Notes under the pieces: generated by a model
Told to the model about the DNA's origin: nothing
Database searches by the model: none
Seen by the model: the letters and a program-made list of their open reading frames with translations, nothing else
Position numbers and translations under genes: made by a program
Shown: piece by piece, positions 17,899 to 29,004 of the stretch
Numbering within the stretch: the first letter of the stretch is position 1
Layout of the letters: each line of letters starts with the position of its first letter
Assembly (NCBI GenBank): GCA_030765505.1
Contig: JAVCCL010000025.1
Location: forward strand, 14,865 to 78,864
Source: Candidatus Kaelpia imicola
GTDB taxonomy: Bacteria; Omnitrophota; Gorgyraeia; Kaelpiales; Kaelpiaceae
Reading direction: 5' to 3'
Length of the DNA: 64,000 nucleotides

Positions 17899-19590
17899 CT
17901 ATTTCAATTTATCCAGTATCTGATCCAAGTTTTCAAACTCCAGTAAAACTTCCTGGCCTCTCTTCCTCAACTCAAACTTACCCTCTTTTACATAATTGGA
18001 ACCCACTACTATCTGATACGGAATGCCTATCAAATCTGCATCATTAAATTTGTTTCCTGCTCGAATTGGCCTATCATCAAAAAGCACTTCCAATCCAGAC
18101 TTCTCAAGAAACTGATATATCTCTTCAGATTTCCGGAGTATTTCCTCGTCGTCTATGTTTGTAGCTATAATGATCACTTTATAGGGCGCCAGAGCAGAAT
18201 TCCATATAATACCTTTAGTATCATTGTTCTGCTCAATAAAAGAGGCTGCTATCCTATTGATCCCTATTCCATAGCAACCCATGATAATTTCACTGCTATT
18301 GCCTTTATCATCGACAAAGAGAGCCTCAAGAGGTTTGCTATAGCGGTTCCCAAGCTTGAATATATGTCCTATCTCAATCGCGCTTTGAATTTTTAAAGCC
18401 TTACCGCACTCAGGACATAAGTCAGACTCTTTGACGTTTCTGATATCACAAAACTCATCCAACTTAAAATCCCTGCCTTCTGATAAGTTCACCAGATGAT
18501 AATCCTTTCTGTTTGCTCCTGCAACAGCACCTGATATACCTCTAACATCAAAATCAGCAATAGTTCTTAACTTTAAACCCAGAGGACCCGAAAATCCCGC
18601 ATCTGCCCCAGTCTCACTCTTTATCTCAGAAGTTGTTGCCATTCTCAGCTCGCTGCATTTAAGTTTTTTACGCAGCTTAGCCTCATTAACATCGCTCTCT
18701 CCTCTCACAACTACAGCAATGAAGCTATTGCCGGATCTATATATTATGGTTTTTAAAAGCTTCTCAGCTGAAACTCCTAGAACTCCAGAAACATCAGCAA
18801 CAGAACTAACACCCGGAGTATAGACTTCTTTAACAGGTTCTCCCCGGCTCTCTTCTCCCTTGACTACTTCCTCTTTTCTTCTTGCAACATCCAAGCTTGC
18901 TGAATAGTTACAACTAGAGCACAATACAACCCTATCCTCTCCGTATTCAGAAGGAGCCATAAACTCATGAGAGATATCTCCTCCCATTATCCCGGGATCC
19001 GCTTCAACGCTGAGGTAATTAAGCCCGCAGCTTTCAAATATATTGCAGTAGGCCTGGTGAATCTTTTTATAGCTATCATCCAGCGACTCCCAGTTAGCAT
19101 TAAAACTGTAAGCATCCTTCATGATAAACTCACAGGTTCTTATTACACCGAATCTGGGCCTGGGCTCATCCCTGAATTTAGTTTGAATCTGGTAGAGGAC
19201 CAGCGGCAGCTGTCTATAAGACTCAATCTCTTTTGAGACCAGCCAGGTTACAATCTCTTCATGGGTAGGCCCCAATATCATATTCTTCCCAGCCCTGTTT
19301 TTAAACTGAATTATATCTTCACCCAAAGTAGAGAGTCTGCCGGTTTTCTGCCAAAGCTCCTCAGGGTGTATAGCTGGAAGAAGCAGTTCTTGAGCTCCGG
19401 CTTTATTCATCTCTTCCCTCACTATAGTTATGACCTTCAGTAAAGTCTTAAAGCCTAAAGGAAGGTAAGAGTAAAGCCCTGAAGCTAAACGTCTTATCAT
19501 GCCTGACTTAAGCATCAGTTGATGCGATATAGCCTCTGCATCCTTGGGCAGCTCTCTAATTGTCGGTAAAAAACCTTCTGAAAATCTCAT
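17899..19590 (-). CDS. proS: proline--tRNA ligase
   Basis: LGPTHEE, FRDEPRPRFG, EIGHIFKLG, MGCYGIG; INS editing domain. Confidence 0.97.
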   Translation of the reverse strand: MRFSEGFLPTIRELPKDAEAISHQLMLKSGMIRRLASGLYSYLPLGFKTLLKVITIVREEMNKAGAQELLLPAIHPEELWQKTGRLSTLGEDIIQFKNRAGKNMILGPTHEEIVTWLVSKEIESYRQLPLVLYQIQTKFRDEPRPRFGVIRTCEFIMKDAYSFNANWESLDDSYKKIHQAYCNIFESCGLNYLSVEADPGIMGGDISHEFMAPSEYGEDRVVLCSSCNYSASLDVARRKEEVVKGEESRGEPVKEVYTPGVSSVADVSGVLGVSAEKLLKTIIYRSGNSFIAVVVRGESDVNEAKLRKKLKCSELRMATTSEIKSETGADAGFSGPLGLKLRTIADFDVRGISGAVAGANRKDYHLVNLSEGRDFKLDEFCDIRNVKESDLCPECGKALKIQSAIEIGHIFKLGNRYSKPLEALFVDDKGNSSEIIMGCYGIGINRIAASFIEQNNDTKGIIWNSALAPYKVIIIATNIDDEEILRKSEEIYQFLEKSGLEVLFDDRPIRAGNKFNDADLIGIPYQIVVGSNYVKEGKFELRKRGQEVLLEFENLDQILDKLK

Positions 19591-20630
19591 ATCATTTCTC
19601 TTACTTCCCGAACTAAAACAGTTATCAAACCCGCTTTATCCAGCTTTTTAATCTGTCTCCCTTTTTTAAATAGGATAGCACAGTTTTTTCCTCCTGCAAC
19701 ACCTATATCAGCGTCTTTAGCTTCGCCGGGTCCATTGACTTCACAACCCATAATAGCAACCTTCAGTCCCTTCCCTCTCTTTACCTTGACCAGCTCCTCT
19801 TTTGCTCTATTAGCCAAGTCCAATATATCAATCTGAGCCCTGCCGCATCCAGGACAAGATATAACTTCGATCCCAAACTTACGAAGCCCTAAAGCAGAGA
19901 GTATCTCTTTTGCAACTTCAACCTCACGAAACGTTGAATCAGTAAGAGAGACCCTGATAGTATCGCCCACTCCCTGCATAAGAAGAGCCCCGATGCCGAT
20001 ACTGGATTTAACAACAGCAGATATTCCCAGCCCTGTTGCAGTAACACCGACATGGAGTGGATAGTCAAACAAAGAGGCTGCCTTCAAATTAGCCAAGTAA
20101 GTATCCATAACAGTATTAGCTTTAAGGGATAGAAAGATATCTTTAAAATTTAAACCTTCCATATAGCTTAAATACTCCTTAAGAAGCTCTAACATTGAAT
20201 CAACAGAGTCATATTTTTTTCTATAAATCTCAGGAACCGAACCGATATTAACCCCTACCCGAATTGGAATATTCTTTCTCTTAGCCGACAATACAATCTC
20301 TCTCAAACCCTCTTTTGAGATATTACCTGGATTAATCCTTACTGCATCTGCTCCAAGCTCTATCGCCGAGAGAGCAAGTTTAAAATCAAAATGGATATCC
20401 ATCTCAACAGGAAGAAGGCTCTCTTTTATAATCCTCCCTATAAACCCAGTCTCATCTTCTTCTCTATATGCAATCCTTATAATCTCAGAGCCCGCTTCTT
20501 TTAATTGAGCTATCTCATCTATTATCTGGGAATATTTATCGGAACTCTTTTTGATCATGGTCTGCACAGAGACCGGATTATCTCCCCCGATCTCAACATC
20601 ACCAACCCTGACCACTCTTCTCCTTCTCAT
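19587..20630 (-). CDS. ispG: HMBPP synthase
   Basis: DIHFD, RINPGNI, GDTIRVSLT, SCPGCGR, MGCEVNGPGE. Confidence 0.97.
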   Translation of the reverse strand: MRRRRVVRVGDVEIGGDNPVSVQTMIKKSSDKYSQIIDEIAQLKEAGSEIIRIAYREEDETGFIGRIIKESLLPVEMDIHFDFKLALSAIELGADAVRINPGNISKEGLREIVLSAKRKNIPIRVGVNIGSVPEIYRKKYDSVDSMLELLKEYLSYMEGLNFKDIFLSLKANTVMDTYLANLKAASLFDYPLHVGVTATGLGISAVVKSSIGIGALLMQGVGDTIRVSLTDSTFREVEVAKEILSALGLRKFGIEVISCPGCGRAQIDILDLANRAKEELVKVKRGKGLKVAIMGCEVNGPGEAKDADIGVAGGKNCAILFKKGRQIKKLDKAGLITVLVREVREMI

Positions 20631-21679
20631 TTAAAGAACACCCGCATTAAATCAAAATATGTAAGGTATAAAAGAAGAAAGAGCAACAAACCCATTCCTG
20701 CCTGAGTAAACCTCTCCTGGACAATAATAGAGACAGGCCTGCGGCGAATCCTCTCTATCAGGATAAAGAAAAGATGACCTCCATCTAAGACCGGAATAGG
20801 CAGCAGGTTAAAGATTGCAAGGCTAACATTTATTAATGCCATCAGAGTTAGCAGATAGCTTATGCCCATATCGGCCATCTTAGAGGATATATGAATGATA
20901 CCTACCGGCCCTACGACTGAATCTTTAAGAGATAGCCTGCCGGTAACAATATTCAAGATAGCTCTTAGAGTCTTAGCAGAGATATCAAAGACAGTGGCTA
21001 CTGACTCTTGAAGTGACTTATAAGGCCCGTATCTCTTTATAAATACATCCTCATCGTCCGGCGATATACCCAATAATCCAATTATCTTTTTCTGGCCGTC
21101 TAAGTCTAAGAGCTCCTTATCTTTAGTTTTAACTGCATAACTAAACTCACCCTGATTACGTTTTATGGTTATCTTTAGCTCCTGATTCGGCCTTGGATGT
21201 ACTTCTGCTATTAAATCCTCCCAGCTTTTAACCTCCTCATTATCAACAGCAATTATCTTATCGCCAACTTTTAAACCCGAATCCTGGGCAGGATACCCCT
21301 CTTTAAAGCCGCCTATAGTAGTACCTATCACAGGAAAACCGCTGCTATAAAGTATAAAGAAGAGTATAAAAGCCAAAAGATAATTACCAAGAGGACCACC
21401 CAATATGATCAAGCTTCTCCTGCCGGGAGGTTGAGAAAGAAACTCACTTCTTTCGCCTTTTAACTCCTCTCTGGGGTTCTCGCCTGCCATCTTCACATAA
21501 CCTCCAAGAGGAATAAGTGAGATCTTATACTCTGTTTCAGAGCTTTTAAAAGAGAATATTTTGGGTCCAAACCCAATCGAGAAAACCTCGACAGCAACAC
21601 CCATTCTCTTAGCAACAATAAAATGGGATGCCTCATGCACAAATACAAGAAAACCAAAAGCAATGATAACTAAAATCAT
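20627..21679 (-). CDS. rseP: RIP metalloprotease with PDZ domain
   Basis: HEASH, FSIGFGP, PLGGYVKM, NLLPIPVLDGGH. Confidence 0.95.
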   Translation of the reverse strand: MILVIIAFGFLVFVHEASHFIVAKRMGVAVEVFSIGFGPKIFSFKSSETEYKISLIPLGGYVKMAGENPREELKGERSEFLSQPPGRRSLIILGGPLGNYLLAFILFFILYSSGFPVIGTTIGGFKEGYPAQDSGLKVGDKIIAVDNEEVKSWEDLIAEVHPRPNQELKITIKRNQGEFSYAVKTKDKELLDLDGQKKIIGLLGISPDDEDVFIKRYGPYKSLQESVATVFDISAKTLRAILNIVTGRLSLKDSVVGPVGIIHISSKMADMGISYLLTLMALINVSLAIFNLLPIPVLDGGHLFFILIERIRRRPVSIIVQERFTQAGMGLLLFLLLYLTYFDLMRVFFK

Positions 21680-22815
21680 ATCTTACCAACCTCCTTTATA
21701 ATATCAGTAGATATCTCTTCTGCATCTCTAAAAACTCTCTCAATATCCTTCAGTGAGTCTATCTCAAAAACATCATGCCTCCTTACAGCTTCTTCAACAG
21801 AAGAGATTATATCTTTAAAAGCTATCTTAGAACCCAAAAACTCATTGACTATGATCTCATCAACTTTAACAATAAAAGCGGGTAAGCTTCCACCTCGCTC
21901 TAACGCATCATAAGCTATTCTTAAGGCCGGATAACTCTCTATAGATACCGCTTTAAAACTCATCTTCTCTAAGCTTCTCCAATCAATCCTCAAACCTGAA
22001 TCAAACCTGTCAGGATACCCTAAAGCATGCGCTATAGATACCCTCATATCAGGCAGAGCCATTTCAGCAAATGTTGTTCCGTCTTTTAGCTCTATCATGG
22101 CATGGATAATTGCTTCTGGATGGATTATCACCTCCATAAAATCCGAGGAGAGACCAAAGAGATAGCAAGCCTCTATTACCTCAAAACCTTTATTCATCAA
22201 AGTAGCCGAATCTATTGTGATCTTATTTCCCATCTCCCACCTGGGGTGAGAGAGAGCCATATCCAAAGATACGTTCTCCAGTTCTCTATCTGAAAAATCC
22301 AGAAACGGCCCTCCAGAACAGGTTAAAAAGACCTTAGAGATCTCGTCTTTATCAACTCCTTTAAGAAGCTGAAATATCGCATTATGCTCACTGTCTAAAG
22401 GAATGATTTCAGAGCTACTGCTTGCTCTTATATTATTAACAATAGATCCTGCAGCTATTATCGCTTCTTTATTTGCAATAGCTAAATTAATATCGTTCTC
22501 TAGGGCAAATATTAGCGGTCTTATTGCATCTGTACCGGAAAGAGCTAAAATTAAAAGGTCTACCTTCTGACCAGCTACAAAGTTTAAAAAATCATTCTGG
22601 GATTCAAAAACCTCAAAGGGTAATCTGCCGATATCTTTAGCTCTATTTAAAAAAATATTATCTACTTTAAACTTTTTTGCCTGCTGAGCGAGAAGCTCTA
22701 TATTTCTGTCAGAACCCAAAGCAACTATCTTAAAAAGACCGTTACTTTTCTCAACTATATCAAGAATCTGCCTGCCAACGCTGCCTGTTGAGCCCAAGAT
22801 AGCAATCTTCTTCAT
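21676..22815 (-). CDS. dxr: DXP reductoisomerase
   Basis: LGSTGSVG, ANKE, DSEHNAIFQ, KITIDSATLMNKG. Confidence 0.97.
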   Translation of the reverse strand: MKKIAILGSTGSVGRQILDIVEKSNGLFKIVALGSDRNIELLAQQAKKFKVDNIFLNRAKDIGRLPFEVFESQNDFLNFVAGQKVDLLILALSGTDAIRPLIFALENDINLAIANKEAIIAAGSIVNNIRASSSSEIIPLDSEHNAIFQLLKGVDKDEISKVFLTCSGGPFLDFSDRELENVSLDMALSHPRWEMGNKITIDSATLMNKGFEVIEACYLFGLSSDFMEVIIHPEAIIHAMIELKDGTTFAEMALPDMRVSIAHALGYPDRFDSGLRIDWRSLEKMSFKAVSIESYPALRIAYDALERGGSLPAFIVKVDEIIVNEFLGSKIAFKDIISSVEEAVRRHDVFEIDSLKDIERVFRDAEEISTDIIKEVGKI

Positions 22816-23633
22816 TTAATTATAAAATTATGCATATAGATATAGTAAAACGGTAAAGCTATCAGGATGCTGTCTGATAGATCCAGTACACCGCCCAGAC
22901 CAGGAATAGTCTTACCAGAATCTTTAACTCCGGCATCACGCTTAAGAACCGATTCTGAGAGATCCCCAAACTGAGCACATACACCCAAGATAAAACCTAC
23001 GGTAAAAGCATGATAAAACGACATTACCCCCCAATAGATAGAGGCTGCACAGGAAACCGATATTGCAAACATAATACCGCCAATAAAACCCTCTATAGAT
23101 TTTTTAGGGCTTATTCTAGGAATCAAAGGATGTCTGCCAAATTTTACACCAACGAGATAAGCACCTATATCTGTTGCTTTGATTACACAGATATAATATA
23201 TTACTAAAGAGATACCTCCTTGAAGCATTCTAATCTTTATTAAAAATATTGCCGGTATCGTTATATATATTAACCCCAGCATGGTAAGCCCCAAACATAA
23301 AGCCGCATCTTTATTAGTCTTTCTCACCATCTGATAAAGAAAGAGCAATATTAATGCAAAAGAGAGCGGATATACAAGATATGCAAAACCAAGATTCTCT
23401 TTTAAAGAGACCGCGAAGAGAAGGTATGAGACTATAAAGCCAATACCGGGGTATATGCTGCCGTATCTCTTTGCAATAATCCTGTAAAACTCCCAAAGTG
23501 CAACCGTAGCAAGCATTACGATCAAAGAGGTATATATAAAGAGGTTGGCAAATATTATAACCCAGAATATAAACAGGATTATTACTATACTGCTAATAAT
23601 TCTTTTAACTAAATTCCTATCAAAGAGATCCAT
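22812..23633 (-). CDS. cdsA: phosphatidate cytidylyltransferase
   Basis: DIGAY, ISPKKSIEG, GDLSES.LKR.AGVKDSG..IPG.GGVLD. Confidence 0.95.
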   Translation of the reverse strand: MDLFDRNLVKRIISSIVIILFIFWVIIFANLFIYTSLIVMLATVALWEFYRIIAKRYGSIYPGIGFIVSYLLFAVSLKENLGFAYLVYPLSFALILLFLYQMVRKTNKDAALCLGLTMLGLIYITIPAIFLIKIRMLQGGISLVIYYICVIKATDIGAYLVGVKFGRHPLIPRISPKKSIEGFIGGIMFAISVSCAASIYWGVMSFYHAFTVGFILGVCAQFGDLSESVLKRDAGVKDSGKTIPGLGGVLDLSDSILIALPFYYIYMHNFIIK

Positions 23634-24333
23634 ATTTTCTCCTGCATTTTTTATAGTTTTTTATAGCTTTTATTAAATCTGACTTTCTAAAGTCAGGCCA
23701 TAGTTTTGTTGTGGTATAAAGCTCTGTATAAGCTGCCTGCCAAAGTAAATAATTGCTAATACGGTATTCTCCTGCAGTACGAATCAAGAGATCGGGGTCG
23801 GGTAAATCAAAAGTATAAAGATAGTTGCTTAGGAAAGGTTCGTTGAATTCTTCAAGTTTAATCTTGCCAGATTTAAAATCGCTGGCAATTCTAACTGCTG
23901 CATTAACAATCTCTTGCCTAGCACCATAATTTATAGCTAAAGTCAGATTGAGCCTGTCAAAACCCTCTGTCTCGTGAATAACCTTCTCTATCTTCTGAGG
24001 AAGCTCACCAGGAAGAACTTTCCAATCTCCGATAATACGTACTCTTATATTCTTCTCCTCTGCAAGCTCGGTTAGATTGCTGCCTATATTCTCCTCCAAC
24101 ATCTTCATCAACATGTCAACCTCTTTCTTAGGCCTCTTCCAATTCTCTGTTGAAAAAGTATAGAGAGTCAGATACTCTATCCCTAACCCCAGGCAATAAT
24201 CAATTACTCTGCGGACAGACCTTACCCCTCTGCTATGTCCATACCTGCGAGGAAGACCTTTGTTTGCAGCCCAGCGACCATTGCCATCCATTATAATCGC
24301 TATATGTTTTGGAACATTAATAATAGAAACCAT
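23620..24333 (-). CDS. uppS: undecaprenyl diphosphate synthase
   Basis: HIAIIMDGNGRWA, FSTENWKRP, DLLIRTAGE.RISNYLLWQ. Confidence 0.97.
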   Translation of the reverse strand: MVSIINVPKHIAIIMDGNGRWAANKGLPRRYGHSRGVRSVRRVIDYCLGLGIEYLTLYTFSTENWKRPKKEVDMLMKMLEENIGSNLTELAEEKNIRVRIIGDWKVLPGELPQKIEKVIHETEGFDRLNLTLAINYGARQEIVNAAVRIASDFKSGKIKLEEFNEPFLSNYLYTFDLPDPDLLIRTAGEYRISNYLLWQAAYTELYTTTKLWPDFRKSDLIKAIKNYKKCRRKYGSL

Positions 24334-24376
24334 GAATAGTTATTAGAAAATCTTAGCGTTGAATATCTGACATATC

Positions 24377-24724
24377 TTAAGGCTGAATCCCAGCTAACAG
24401 TTCTTCTAGTTTACCCAATTTGTCTCTAAGTTGGCTTATGCTCTCTGCAGCTTTCTTGAGTTTTATTTCAAGCGAATCTATATAATCTTCTTTTGCTTTG
24501 TTAACTTCGAACAGTTCATCTCTCTTGACGGCAATACTATCAAGTTTTTCCTGAAAACTCTGAATTTTGTCCTCCAGATAGACGCTATTTTTAACTGTTG
24601 TATGATAGTTTGATTCCAGCTTATAAAACTGCTTTGCGGTTTTAACCCTCTCTCTCCTCTCCAGTAGAGCCCAAACAAGAACGAATGCTAAAATAAAAAC
24701 AAAACCAGTATAAATCTTTCTCAT
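24377..24724 (-). CDS. membrane-anchored coiled-coil hypothetical protein
   Basis: N-terminal TM helix then heptad-rich helix; GAAGGAGG RBS. Confidence 0.7.
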   Translation of the reverse strand: MRKIYTGFVFILAFVLVWALLERRERVKTAKQFYKLESNYHTTVKNSVYLEDKIQSFQEKLDSIAVKRDELFEVNKAKEDYIDSLEIKLKKAAESISQLRDKLGKLEELLAGIQP

Positions 24725-24740
24725 TTAAGACCCTCCTTCA

Positions 24741-25460
24741 TTATTTAACATGCTCTTTAATTCTTCTCTGGCGGTCTTCTAACACTTTGCCAAGCTGCTC
24801 TAAAAATTCGGTCCGAATCTTGGTAAGTTTTTTAGGAAGCACTACTATCTCGACACGCCTATTTTTCTGCCGACCTTCTTTGGTTTCGTTTGAATCAATA
24901 GGCTTATACTCTCCGTATCCAGTAGCCTGTACACGGGCAGAGTCCAAACCTCTTTTGTCAGCAAAGTAGTGCAATACACTCAACGCTCTCGCTGCAGATA
25001 GCTCCCAGTTGGATTTCCAGGGTGAATATTTTATAGGAATATTATCGGTATAGCCCTCTATTGAAATCTTTCTATCGGGTACATCTTTTTCAAGAAATGC
25101 CGCAACCTTATCAAGCATGACATATGCTTCAGACCGCAACTCAGCCTTACCGGAATCAAAAAAAACTTCAGCAACAAACCTTAAAACCAGACCCTTCTCT
25201 TCCAAAGATAATCTTACCTCGCTATCGTCTATCTCTTTCCTGAACCTACTCTCCAAACTCTCTTTTGCCAATTCTAATTCTCTTATCTCCTGATTTTTCT
25301 CGGATTTCAATCTTTCGATCTCAATCCTTAGGCGCTGCAGCTCTCTTCTCATAATCTGTACTTTTTCAATCTCTTCCGGCGGTGTTTTCTTAAAAGTAAA
25401 AGCGCATCCTGAAACTAAAAAACTAATGGCCAATAAAACAACCCGGCTTTTTTTAAACAT
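24741..25460 (-). CDS. OmpA/MotB-family peptidoglycan-binding lipoprotein
   Basis: lipobox VSGC, coiled coil, FDSGKAEL, NWELSAARA, NRRVEI. Confidence 0.9.
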   Translation of the reverse strand: MFKKSRVVLLAISFLVSGCAFTFKKTPPEEIEKVQIMRRELQRLRIEIERLKSEKNQEIRELELAKESLESRFRKEIDDSEVRLSLEEKGLVLRFVAEVFFDSGKAELRSEAYVMLDKVAAFLEKDVPDRKISIEGYTDNIPIKYSPWKSNWELSAARALSVLHYFADKRGLDSARVQATGYGEYKPIDSNETKEGRQKNRRVEIVVLPKKLTKIRTEFLEQLGKVLEDRQRRIKEHVK

Positions 25461-25525
25461 TTAACACCTCCTAAAGTTATCTTGCAATCGCTACTTTCAA
25501 ATATTAACACCACTCTTTTTAACAG

Positions 25526-27613
25526 TCAAGGAAGTAAGGTCTTATTAAGAATAAGCGCAGCAAATACAATGGACGCCATAGACATTATTTTAATGAGAAT
25601 ATTTATAGACGGTCCAGCTGTATCCTTGCAAGGGTCGCCTACCATATCACCAATCACAGCTGCCTTATGGGCATCAGAACCCTTACCCCCAAGGTTACCC
25701 TCTTCGATATATTTCTTTGCATTATCCCAGCTGGCACCAGAATTGGCCAGCATGACAGCAAGAACAAAACCGGATACAAGCGATGCGATAAGCAGCCCTA
25801 TATTGGCTTCAACTCCAAATAGTATTCCCACTAAAATAGGAGAGAGCAATGCTATGGCAGCCGGTAATATCATCTGCTTTTGCGACTCCAGAGTCACTAT
25901 CTTAACGCAGCGCGCATAATCAGGCTTGGTCTTACCCTCCATCAAACCTTTTATCTCCCTAAACTGTCTTCTAACTTCAAAGACTATCTTTGAAGCAGTA
26001 TTACCAACAGACCTCATCATCAAAGACGAGAACAGAAAAGGAAGCATACCTCCTATAAATAGACCTACTATGATTTTAGGGTTTAGTAGTGAGAGGTCTA
26101 AATCTGCACCTAAAAACTCGAGCCTCTCTTTGTAAGCCACGATAAGAGCCAACGCAGTCAAGGCAGCAGAGCCTATCGCAAAGCCCTTGCCTGTTGCAGC
26201 AGTAGTATTACCTAAAGAGTCTAACGCATCTGTTCTCTCTCTGACTTCAGAGGGAAGCCCAGCCATCTGAGCATTGCCTCCAGCATTATCAGCAACAGGA
26301 CCATAGGCATCTGTTGCCAGAGTAATTCCCAAGGTACTTAACATACCTACTGCAGATATACCCACCCCATAGAGACCAATATTAAAATTCGAAAACCCGC
26401 CTGAGAAATAAAAACTCAAGAGTATAGCCACAGCGACAGTAACTATCGGAATAAAAGTAGATGCCATTCCAACGGAGAGCCCCGAGATTATAACAGTTGC
26501 CGGCCCGGTTAAAGCCGACTTAGCCACCGAGCGTGTTGAAAAATACCTATGTGAGGTATAAAACTCGGTTGAAAGCCCTATCAAAATACCAGCTAAAAGA
26601 CCTGTTATTACCGAATAATAGATACCTAAATGTTCGAACCCTAAAACCCGGGTAATTAAGAAATATCCCATAACTGAAATTAAAATGGCTGAGAGAAAAG
26701 TGCTTCTTCTTAAAGCCCAGAGCAATGCAGATTGAGTAGACTTCTCCTTACTCCTTACGGTAACTATCCCTACGATTGAAGCGATAACACCCAGAGCAGC
26801 CATAGTCATCGGTATCGTAACTCCGGCTGCACCCAATCCGGCTGCAACAGCAAGAGCCATCGTAGCTACAATTGAACCTACGTAAGATTCATATAGGTCT
26901 GCGCCCATGCCGGCAACATCACCAACATTATCACCTACATTATCTGCTATAACCGCCGGGTTTCTAGGATCGTCCTCCGGAATCCCTGCTTCAACCTTCC
27001 CAACAAGATCGGCTCCTACATCAGCAGCCTTAGTATATATACCGCCGCCCACTCTGGCAAAAAGAGCCATAGAACTAGCTCCCAGTCCAAATGTCAACAT
27101 AGTAGAAGTAATATTAAATATTTTCTCGCCTGTCTCCATGTTGCTGTAATAAAAGTCGAGAATATAATACCAGATAGATAGGTCAAGTAATCCCAAACCT
27201 ACCACAACAAGCCCCATAACAGATCCTGAAAGAAAGGCTATCCTTAAGGCAGAATTAAGACTGCTGCGAGCTGCATTTGCCGTACGGGCACTGGAGTTTG
27301 TCGCTACTTTCATACCGATAAAACCGGCCAATCCTGAAAAAAACCCCCCGCTTACAAATGCATAAGGCACAAAAATTGCTATATAGCCTTGTCTAACCAT
27401 CATCATAAGAAAAACAAAAGCCAAGAGAAAAAATATTGCTACCGTAGTATATTGCCTTTTTAAATAGGCTTTTGCACCTTCCCGAACCGCATTAGCAATC
27501 TCAATCATCTTTTCGGTCCCTTCATCTTTTCTTAAAATCCAGATTACAACACCAGCAGAAAAGAGAAGTGCTAAGATAGAACAGAACGGAGCTAACCAAA
27601 ACAACTCTTTCAT
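25526..27613 (-). CDS. hppA: membrane-integral Na+/(H+)-translocating pyrophosphatase, K+-dependent
   Basis: GGGIYTKAADVGADLVGKVE, DNVGDNVGD, DLYESY, GNTTAA. Confidence 0.95.
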   Translation of the reverse strand: MKELFWLAPFCSILALLFSAGVVIWILRKDEGTEKMIEIANAVREGAKAYLKRQYTTVAIFFLLAFVFLMMMVRQGYIAIFVPYAFVSGGFFSGLAGFIGMKVATNSSARTANAARSSLNSALRIAFLSGSVMGLVVVGLGLLDLSIWYYILDFYYSNMETGEKIFNITSTMLTFGLGASSMALFARVGGGIYTKAADVGADLVGKVEAGIPEDDPRNPAVIADNVGDNVGDVAGMGADLYESYVGSIVATMALAVAAGLGAAGVTIPMTMAALGVIASIVGIVTVRSKEKSTQSALLWALRRSTFLSAILISVMGYFLITRVLGFEHLGIYYSVITGLLAGILIGLSTEFYTSHRYFSTRSVAKSALTGPATVIISGLSVGMASTFIPIVTVAVAILLSFYFSGGFSNFNIGLYGVGISAVGMLSTLGITLATDAYGPVADNAGGNAQMAGLPSEVRERTDALDSLGNTTAATGKGFAIGSAALTALALIVAYKERLEFLGADLDLSLLNPKIIVGLFIGGMLPFLFSSLMMRSVGNTASKIVFEVRRQFREIKGLMEGKTKPDYARCVKIVTLESQKQMILPAAIALLSPILVGILFGVEANIGLLIASLVSGFVLAVMLANSGASWDNAKKYIEEGNLGGKGSDAHKAAVIGDMVGDPCKDTAGPSINILIKIMSMASIVFAALILNKTLLP

Positions 27614-27679
27614 GATCTCCCCTTAATGTTCAAAAAAAATAACAATTTTATTTCCATTTTCTAATATTTTTTCACATCT

Positions 27680-28984
<1,305 letters not shown>

Positions 28985-29004
28985 TTAAACTGGTGAAATA
29001 AGAC

